Part shown: positions 57,083-64,000 of the stretch, one piece after another
Layout: each line of letters starts with the position of its first letter
Numbering within the stretch: position 1 is the first letter of the stretch
Assembly (NCBI GenBank): GCA_016182495.1
Contig: JACPGK010000032.1
Coordinates: 23,917-87,916, forward strand
DNA from: Candidatus Kerfeldbacteria bacterium
GTDB taxonomy: Bacteria; Patescibacteriota; Patescibacteriia; UBA9570
Direction of reading: 5' to 3'
Length of the DNA: 64,000 nucleotides
Translations under genes and position numbers: made by a program
Notes under the pieces: generated by a model
What the model saw: only the letters and a program-made list of their open reading frames with translations
Database searches by the model: none
Told to the model about the DNA's origin: nothing

Positions 57083-57592
57083 ATGGAACAAGAACCGATC
57101 CAAGAAGTATGGGGTTATCAACGCTTAAAAACTGGCATTATTGATGCTTTCGAAAATAATCAGTCCGGATTAACAGCTTACGAGCACTTACCCCGCCAAT
57201 TATCACTCGGTGATCACACGGTACCTGGTTCGTTTGCTGGTATGATCCACTCTCATTCCAATGGACTAACATTCTCCCCGTTCGATATTGCCAACCTTCT
57301 CACTATACCTGATCTTAAATTTTCGCTAGTGTCATTTAGCGATCGAGCGGCGGCTTTAGTGACCACCGCCGACACCCAGTGGTTGCCTATCACTAATCGC
57401 GAACACCAAGCCGAGCGCTGGACTAGTCAAATCGACCAACGCCTAGATCGTTTTCATACAAACGATGCAGCGGTTAATCTAGTCAATACACAGCAAGCGA
57501 TACTGGCCATGGTAAAAACACTGGCATCACGCTATCGTTTAGGTTATTACGAAGGATCATTAACTAGTGATTCGCTTCAGCGCGTTGCTTAA
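57083..57592 (+). CDS. Hypothetical protein with a JAB/MPN-like HxH..S..D motif
   Basis: GMIHSHSNGLTFSPFDI. Confidence 0.45.
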   Translation: MEQEPIQEVWGYQRLKTGIIDAFENNQSGLTAYEHLPRQLSLGDHTVPGSFAGMIHSHSNGLTFSPFDIANLLTIPDLKFSLVSFSDRAAALVTTADTQWLPITNREHQAERWTSQIDQRLDRFHTNDAAVNLVNTQQAILAMVKTLASRYRLGYYEGSLTSDSLQRVA

Positions 57593-57594
57593 GG

Positions 57595-59292
57595 TTACCA
57601 CGACCCGCCGCCACCGCCGCCAAAACCGCCACCGGAAGAACCACCGCTAGTTGAAGCCGATTTGGCTGAAGCCGCCTGCAAACCGCTGGTCATACTGTTG
57701 GTAAAAGTAGAAAAATTACTGACAAACTGACTGGCTACAAAATACCCTCCGGCTGTACCAATATACCAATCGGGCGCTGGAATATTGATATCTTTAAATT
57801 GCTCGGCCCATTGTTGTTCTACTCCCAGGGCAACGGCGTACGGTAAATATTCCATAAATTGGGTTGGTTTTTTGGCGGGAGCATTATGAAATGTAAAGCG
57901 CGCTTGATCGGTTACTCGCAAAAACCATTTAAAACCAACCACGTCATCTTTCGTTTCAGCGCCCAATTTAGTTTTACGAGCCATCAACCAACCAAATATC
58001 ACAATCACTGCGCCGGTGACAAAATTCATAGCCAGGCTGATGCCAGTACGATACTGCTCAACACTTAACACTAAAATACCGGTTACTGCCACGGCTAAAA
58101 AGATAAAGATAACTCGAACAATGGTTGGATTATGCTTATACAAACCACGTTTGACTAACTCTCCATAAATATCCGAGCGCAGAGCTTGTAACTTTTTACC
58201 ACGTTGAAGATCGTTACGAATCGTTTTTAAAGTAACCGAGGTTTCACTTTGAAAAATTAATTCGGCGATGCGTTGTTCGATCGTTTCTGTAATCGAATTT
58301 AATGGTTTACGCAGTGTTAAGCGGTAATCCGGTTTTTTTAGTATGCCACCTGCTGATAACTGTTCAATGGTGATAAAGCCTTGCTGGGCTAACCATAAAA
58401 TTCCAGCCGTAATATCACGGTTGTGAACGTGTTCATCAATCAAAGTGCCCACCAGTGTTGGTTTCAGTTGGGCTGGCGGTTCGTACTGCGGCACAATAGT
58501 AGGTCGACCTTTGGGATCTTTACCAAACAATAACCATACCAACGCCATAACTACAGTAACACTACCAAAAACAATTATGCCCCAATAACGCCACCACCAT
58601 AGCCGAGCCTGCAGCCAAACACCTGGCTCGCTAACAATATTTTTTGGCCAACCAACGGCAATAGTTAAACCATCTGCCACCAGTAAATCATCAACCTGCG
58701 CTGTGATTCGGCCATCACGTACTGTAATCGGACAGGTGTTAGTGCCTTCTACTGGGCCAACGTAACAAGCCAATCGGAGATCGTTATCAGATACTGTACC
58801 TGGTAATCGCACCATGGCTTCAGCATGATCGATTACTACCGTCCATTCATTGCCGGTAATATTCCAATACAATTCGTCAAGATCATTAAAATAATTGATC
58901 GCTCCTTCCACGCGGTAACGAATACGATACGTATGTTTACCGTCAATAGTGCTATCAGGGTCCCCTATTTTGATTTGGCGATAGCGACCAACACTGCTCA
59001 CTGTATATGGTTCCAGTTGATCATCACGGAGCACACTATCTACTGTCAGCCACAACCATCGGGTATCGCCGGTATCCGTATCATAGCGTACGGGGATATT
59101 GCGAAAAATGCCATGACGATACGCATAGCCAAAATCGTAGGTGATTGATTCTTCAATAAACACCGTGGCATCTGGTTGAATATCGATGCGGACGATAAAA
59201 TTATCAATTGATTCAGCCTGAACCGTGCCAACCCAGGCAATGTTTGCTGCCAGCACCACCACACCAATAATTAACCGCCACCAAGTATACAT
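57595..59292 (-). CDS. DUF2207 family membrane protein
   Basis: ESITYDF..RHGIFRNIP, DELYWNITGNEW, LPYAVALGV..WA, C-terminal SGGGFGGGGGGSW. Confidence 0.9.
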   Translation of the reverse strand: MYTWWRLIIGVVVLAANIAWVGTVQAESIDNFIVRIDIQPDATVFIEESITYDFGYAYRHGIFRNIPVRYDTDTGDTRWLWLTVDSVLRDDQLEPYTVSSVGRYRQIKIGDPDSTIDGKHTYRIRYRVEGAINYFNDLDELYWNITGNEWTVVIDHAEAMVRLPGTVSDNDLRLACYVGPVEGTNTCPITVRDGRITAQVDDLLVADGLTIAVGWPKNIVSEPGVWLQARLWWWRYWGIIVFGSVTVVMALVWLLFGKDPKGRPTIVPQYEPPAQLKPTLVGTLIDEHVHNRDITAGILWLAQQGFITIEQLSAGGILKKPDYRLTLRKPLNSITETIEQRIAELIFQSETSVTLKTIRNDLQRGKKLQALRSDIYGELVKRGLYKHNPTIVRVIFIFLAVAVTGILVLSVEQYRTGISLAMNFVTGAVIVIFGWLMARKTKLGAETKDDVVGFKWFLRVTDQARFTFHNAPAKKPTQFMEYLPYAVALGVEQQWAEQFKDINIPAPDWYIGTAGGYFVASQFVSNFSTFTNSMTSGLQAASAKSASTSGGSSGGGFGGGGGGSW

Positions 59293-59302
59293 AGTTGTCA
59301 GT

Positions 59303-60583
59303 TTAGCAGATACCTTGGCGTTGTGTTAAGTATTGTTTAGCTTCGGCTGCTAAATATAGCCCTCCTAAAATCAAAATGACTGTTGTTGTATTGGCTAGTT
59401 GTTCGGCTTGAACAATAGCTTGAGCCACGCCAGCTGGCTGCGATATTGTTTGTCGAGCACTAGAAGGTAAGTGCGTTACATACTGAAACAACTGATCAAC
59501 TGGCACAGCTTTATACTGGGCTTGCGTAATAATAAGCTCATCAGCCAGTGGGCAAATAATATCAGCCATGGCTTGATATGGTTTATCGTACGAGCAACCA
59601 AAAATGATAATTTTTTTATAGTGCGGTAACACTGTCGATACCAACCGACTAACTGCTTGCAAGCCAGCTGGATTATGTCCAACATCCGCTATTAATAGCG
59701 GGTTAGCTTGCAGCACTTCAAAACGTAACGGCCAGCGTACCGTGGCTAAACCATCATATAAGGCAGCGTCGGAAATATCCCAGCCACGCTGGCGTAGGGC
59801 TGCTATGGCTGCAATTACTCCGGCGGCATTGGTTAATTGATGTTCTCCCAGTAATGAAAGCTTGATGGCTGAATAATGTTGGTACGAAAATTCTTGCCCA
59901 GTCATAGTAACAGGCCCGGCTATAGTATCGCTGGGCTGAACTACTATCAGCTGGGCGTGTTGCTTGGCAGCGCTAGTTTCGAAAACCTCTATCATTGCTG
60001 GATCGCGCTCGGTAGTAATACAAATACTATTTGATTTGATAATACCGGCTTTCTCCTGGGCAATAGCCGCTTTAGTTTTGCCTAAAATTTCAGTATGATC
60101 TAAATCGACATTGGTAATCACCGATACAGCGCTAGTAATAATATTGGTGGGATCGTATCGGCCACCGATGCCAACTTCAACCACTACTGTATCAACCTGC
60201 TGATCAACATAATATTGCAGAGCCATGGCCCAGAGCACTTCAAAAATACATGGTTGAACTGCCTGTACTAACGGCTGGAAGTGTTCAAAATATGCTAAAA
60301 AATCAGCCTCACTAATATCGATCCCATTGATTTTAATACGCTCGTTATAGTGCAACAAATGAGGCGAGGTAAATAATCCAGTACGATAGCCAGCCTGTTG
60401 CAATACCCTGGCCAGCATAGCGCAGGTGGAACCTTTACCATTAGTACCGGTAACATGAACAAATCGTAACGCTTGATAATTACAGCCACTAGCAGCCAGT
60501 AATTGTTCAATCCGCTGCAACCCAGCCGTAGCCGGATAGCGTGGTAATGTATGTAAATACTGCAGCACTGCCTGATAGGTCAT
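59303..60583 (-). CDS. folC: Folylpolyglutamate synthase/dihydrofolate synthase
   Basis: HVTGTNGKGS, FTSPHL, EVGIGGRYDPTN, DLDHTEILG, EKAGIIK, WPLRFE, DVGHNP. Confidence 0.93.
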   Translation of the reverse strand: MTYQAVLQYLHTLPRYPATAGLQRIEQLLAASGCNYQALRFVHVTGTNGKGSTCAMLARVLQQAGYRTGLFTSPHLLHYNERIKINGIDISEADFLAYFEHFQPLVQAVQPCIFEVLWAMALQYYVDQQVDTVVVEVGIGGRYDPTNIITSAVSVITNVDLDHTEILGKTKAAIAQEKAGIIKSNSICITTERDPAMIEVFETSAAKQHAQLIVVQPSDTIAGPVTMTGQEFSYQHYSAIKLSLLGEHQLTNAAGVIAAIAALRQRGWDISDAALYDGLATVRWPLRFEVLQANPLLIADVGHNPAGLQAVSRLVSTVLPHYKKIIIFGCSYDKPYQAMADIICPLADELIITQAQYKAVPVDQLFQYVTHLPSSARQTISQPAGVAQAIVQAEQLANTTTVILILGGLYLAAEAKQYLTQRQGIC

Positions 60584-60592
60584 GCGGTTTCA

Positions 60593-60985
60593 TTATTGGT
60601 GGGATAATTTTGGTTTCACTTTAAGCACGTAAACCAAAGTGTTGGTGATCAAACTAATCACGATCACTAAAATAATATACGTACTCACTACCGATAGAGC
60701 AAAGCTTTGTTCCCAGCCAACTGCTACATAAATATCTCTGGCTTGAACCAACACGGTTACTACAGCGAAACAGAGCCATAACCAAATACTCTGCCAAAAT
60801 TGGCCGGGTTGGCGATGACGCATACTATATTTAGCACCCAACACAAACAATACCAGTGGTGGAATCACTACGTAGGCCGCCATCGCTATAACTATAGCCA
60901 GATACCAATCGGTATAGCGCAATCCAGCAAATACTCCAGCACACACTAGAGTTACGATTGTCAGAATAATGAGGTAACGTTTCAT
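60593..60985 (-). CDS. Hypothetical 4-TM membrane protein
   Basis: Four hydrophobic segments; 9 nt upstream of folC. Confidence 0.6.
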   Translation of the reverse strand: MKRYLIILTIVTLVCAGVFAGLRYTDWYLAIVIAMAAYVVIPPLVLFVLGAKYSMRHRQPGQFWQSIWLWLCFAVVTVLVQARDIYVAVGWEQSFALSVVSTYIILVIVISLITNTLVYVLKVKPKLSHQ

Positions 60986-61005
60986 GGTATAGTACTATTA
61001 TAATC

Positions 61006-62610
61006 ATGAAACTGACCGCAGAGCAACAACAGGTAGTTAAAACCATTACTGGACCAGTGTTAGTGGTGGCTGGTCCGGGCAGCGGTAAAACTGCTACTGT
61101 GGTGGCTCGAGTACACTATCTGGTACAACAGCATCAGGTAAAGCCAGTCCATATTTTGGTTATTAGCTTTACAAATAAATCAGCAGCCGAAATTAAACAC
61201 CGGTTGGCTGATGTTCACCCGTGGGTAGGTACGTTTCATGCTTTAGCTTGGCAAATTTTACACACTACCAAGCATCTACTGCTGGAACATGAACAACGTA
61301 TCATCGTGGCGCAACTCATACAACAAAACCCTGTCTGGAATATATCAATGCGTACTGCCTTACAAACCCTAACCCGAGAACGAGCCGATCGCTCTAGAAC
61401 ACCGTCGGCCTTAACTAAGGCGTATCAAGCAGTATTAGCTGAACAATCTGCCATTGATTTTGATGAAGTGTTATTGCAAGCAGTGGCGTTATTAGAACAC
61501 AATGCTGATCTGCGGCAACACTATCAAACACTGTGGCAGTATGTAATGGTTGATGAAATGCAAGATACCAATCCCATTCAAAATGAATTACTGGGGTTGT
61601 TCATCAATCAGTCGGCTAATCTGTGCGTGATTGGTGATCCTGATCAAGCTATTTATGGTTTCCGCGGTGCTACCATTGATCATCTATTAAATTTCAGTAA
61701 GCAGTACCCGGCTAGTCAGCAACTAACCTTATCAAACAATTATCGCTCCAGTGCTACCATTGTCCAGGCGGCTGCTGGTTTGATTGCACATAATCAAGAT
61801 CGTTTTATACAGCACAGTAAAGCCATTCAACCTGCTGGATCACTGATTACCGTCATTCAACCAGCTGCTATTACCGCTACTATTGAGCAACTGATTGGTG
61901 GATCATCGCACCAACAAATTGATCAACATCATCAATTAGGCAACGTCGACCAATCGTATAGCTTTGGTGATATGGCTATTATTGTTCGCTTTAATTATTT
62001 GGGGCGTCAATTGCAAAAAAAGTTGACGGCCGCCGGTTTGCCCCATCAACTGGTGGGTGAGACTAATTTTTTTGAACGATTAGAAATTCGTACGATCCTG
62101 GAGGTACTAGAAAAAAATATTATTACTGATAGTTCCCTATCACAGCAATTACAACAATGCGTTACAGCTGAACAAGCTCATTACAGCATCGTTCAGCAGC
62201 AACGGCTGGAACAACTACTGACTCTAGCCATGAGTTATAATGATCTACCAGCGGATGTGGCCTATCAACAATTGCACGATCAAGCTGCCTTGAGTCGCAA
62301 CGAAGATTACTGGAATCAGCAGCGAGATGTCATTACTATTATCACCGCTCATGCCGCTAAAGGTTTAGAGTGGCCAGTAGTGTTTATTGCTGGAGTAGAA
62401 GCAGGGGTGTTTCCGGCTGAACCAACTGAAGCAGAACGCCGGTTATTTTATGTAGCCATGACTCGAGCTCAACAGCAACTCTATCTGGTGAGTAAGGCTG
62501 ATAGGCCATCTATTTTTTTATCCGAATTGCCCGATGCCTGTCTGCAGCATCAATTAGATCAGGGATCAAAAAAAACTAAACCGACCAAGCCTCAATTACG
62601 TTTATTGTAG
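61006..62610 (+). CDS. UvrD/PcrA-family SF1 helicase, compact
   Basis: AGPGSGKT, FTNKSA, DEMQD, GDPDQAIYGFRGA, NYRS, HAAKGLEW, ERRLFYVAMTRA. Confidence 0.9.
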   Translation: MKLTAEQQQVVKTITGPVLVVAGPGSGKTATVVARVHYLVQQHQVKPVHILVISFTNKSAAEIKHRLADVHPWVGTFHALAWQILHTTKHLLLEHEQRIIVAQLIQQNPVWNISMRTALQTLTRERADRSRTPSALTKAYQAVLAEQSAIDFDEVLLQAVALLEHNADLRQHYQTLWQYVMVDEMQDTNPIQNELLGLFINQSANLCVIGDPDQAIYGFRGATIDHLLNFSKQYPASQQLTLSNNYRSSATIVQAAAGLIAHNQDRFIQHSKAIQPAGSLITVIQPAAITATIEQLIGGSSHQQIDQHHQLGNVDQSYSFGDMAIIVRFNYLGRQLQKKLTAAGLPHQLVGETNFFERLEIRTILEVLEKNIITDSSLSQQLQQCVTAEQAHYSIVQQQRLEQLLTLAMSYNDLPADVAYQQLHDQAALSRNEDYWNQQRDVITIITAHAAKGLEWPVVFIAGVEAGVFPAEPTEAERRLFYVAMTRAQQQLYLVSKADRPSIFLSELPDACLQHQLDQGSKKTKPTKPQLRLL

Positions 62611-62613
62611 AAT

Positions 62614-63924
62614 TTAAAATAGAGAGCGTTGTTGAGCTGTGTTTAAGGCGGCTCGTTCTTCAGCAGTAAACACTGTAATCACACCATATTCACCATCGTA
62701 ACCGCCTTGACGATGTACCTGGCCAGCTCGCATTCGTTTAATGGCTTCCGCCAGTATCGGCGTACTGTGGGCAGCGATTTGTGCAAGTGGAATGGTTAAT
62801 AAAATACTAAACTCGTTACCCAGGGCGGCTAATAAACGATGATGTTCTGCCACCACTCGCTTACTACTGGGTGAAACAGTAAAAATTTCAGCAATAATTT
62901 CTGGTAGTGGAATAATACTAGTGAATGGACGGGCTAGGTTTGGTTTGGCGCCAATTGGTCGATCGGCTAAAGCTTGTACCCGATTAAGCACCCCAATGGT
63001 GAGTGGTTGACCACACCGTGGACACAGCCCTTGATGCTGCTGGCTTTGGGTGGGTTCAAGTTTTACTTGGCAAGTACGATGACCATCTAAATGGTATTTA
63101 CCTTCCTCGGGAAAAAATTCAATGGTTGACTCGAAACCAGTTGGATCGTTGGTTCGTAGCGCCGTAATAATACCAGCATAACTCAATTCGGTATCAAAAA
63201 CATTAGCTTCGCGCCCCAACTTACCAGGTGAATGGGCATCGGAATTTGATACTAAAGCAATGTTATCTAATTGAGATAATCGCCAATTCATGGCTGGATC
63301 GGAGGATAAACCAGTTTCAATGGCGTAAATATGTTTGGTTAAATCATCAAAGGCTTCGGTGAGTGTGTCGAAGCCTGATTTAGAACCAAACACTGAAAAA
63401 TGGGGTGTCCAAGCATGCGCTGGAATCAGCATGGCTTGATCATCGGCCATCAACACGATTTTCAATAGCTCCTTAGCATCTAAGCCTAAAATGGGCCGGC
63501 CGTCGGCGGTAAGGTTACCAATGGTTTGCAGCGCGGTATTAATTTTAGCAGCAGCTGTAAAACTAGGCGCCAGTACCAAGCAATGCATTTTACGAACTCG
63601 GTCATTCTTTTTATAAATACAACTGATTTCGACCGTCAGTAAAAACCGCATAGTTTGGCGACAACTAGGTGGCACGGCTAATTGCGTAGTTTGATCGTAA
63701 ATGGATTTCAGACGAAACAAGCCTGGTTCGGCCGGCTCTAATTTTTCTTGCATCTCTTTAAACCAACGGGGATGTGTAAAATCGCCGGTACCCATCACGG
63801 CAATGCCTTTTAACTGGCCCCACTGGTTCAGACTAACAATATTCATGTTTTTTGAAGTGGCTCGAGAATAGTGCGAATGAATATGGAAATCGGCAATAAA
63901 CTGTTGACGAGCAAGTTGTATCAT
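62614..63924 (-). CDS. Endonuclease Q family protein (PHP domain plus Zn finger)
   Basis: ADFHIHSHYSRATS, GTGDFTHP, DGRPILG, PAHAWTP, IETGLSSD, SNSDAHS, GKYHLDGHR.C, CPRCG, GGYDGEYG. Confidence 0.9.
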   Translation of the reverse strand: MIQLARQQFIADFHIHSHYSRATSKNMNIVSLNQWGQLKGIAVMGTGDFTHPRWFKEMQEKLEPAEPGLFRLKSIYDQTTQLAVPPSCRQTMRFLLTVEISCIYKKNDRVRKMHCLVLAPSFTAAAKINTALQTIGNLTADGRPILGLDAKELLKIVLMADDQAMLIPAHAWTPHFSVFGSKSGFDTLTEAFDDLTKHIYAIETGLSSDPAMNWRLSQLDNIALVSNSDAHSPGKLGREANVFDTELSYAGIITALRTNDPTGFESTIEFFPEEGKYHLDGHRTCQVKLEPTQSQQHQGLCPRCGQPLTIGVLNRVQALADRPIGAKPNLARPFTSIIPLPEIIAEIFTVSPSSKRVVAEHHRLLAALGNEFSILLTIPLAQIAAHSTPILAEAIKRMRAGQVHRQGGYDGEYGVITVFTAEERAALNTAQQRSLF

Positions 63925-64000
63925 ACTTTGGGTATACCATATTATAAAAACGAAGTATACTAATGCTACGTAATATATTTAATAAGCCATAAAAAATAAT

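Noticed and set aside
57598-57650. GC-rich CCGCC-type repeats
   Set aside because: These encode the normal Gly-rich DUF2207 tail.
58-61046. Many short ORF-track entries overlapping long genes (e.g. 1406-1663, 11444-11839, 20790-21239, 35532-35864, 51216-51467, 56394-56789)
   Set aside because: Antisense or alternate-frame shadows of well-supported genes, with no recognisable motifs.
1-64000. CRISPR array, prophage, integrase, rRNA, alternative genetic code
   Set aside because: None seen by eye. The tRNA and tmRNA 3' ends are followed by housekeeping genes, and TGA terminates conserved genes at expected positions.

Overview
Gene-dense chromosomal segment, most likely from a Patescibacteria (CPR) bacterium. 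This is an inference from DUF5663-like and 'WWYG' membrane proteins, the near absence of Shine-Dalgarno motifs, a secretin-free type IV pilus cluster and very short intergenic spaces. TGA is used as a stop. Housekeeping content: typA, ftsEX, mraY, a 9-gene type IV pilus cluster, CIRCE-controlled clpB, tgt, recO, ileS, argS, smpB-ssrA-infC-rpmI-rplT-rsmG, rarA, glgP, trmB, folC and tRNA-Thr(CGT). Most notable observations: (1) a 2846-aa orphan protein with glycine-zipper helices and about 10 diverged copies of an unrecognised ~90-100 aa helical repeat, directly downstream of a DUF5663-like gene. (2) A three-gene operon built around a membrane-anchored, Zn-finger Clp-type ATPase that has lost both substrate-gripping pore loops, coupled to a FAM173-like methyltransferase. 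(3) A tmRNA with non-canonical D/T loops and a 27-residue tag. (4) A RAYT-type palindrome re-used inside the tgt reading frame. (5) Many extended -10 boxes placed for leaderless initiation. (6) A convergent EndoQ/UvrD pair, both ending in clamp-binding-like motifs. (7) Two unannotated small membrane ORFs. All calls are by eye; no database searches were run.
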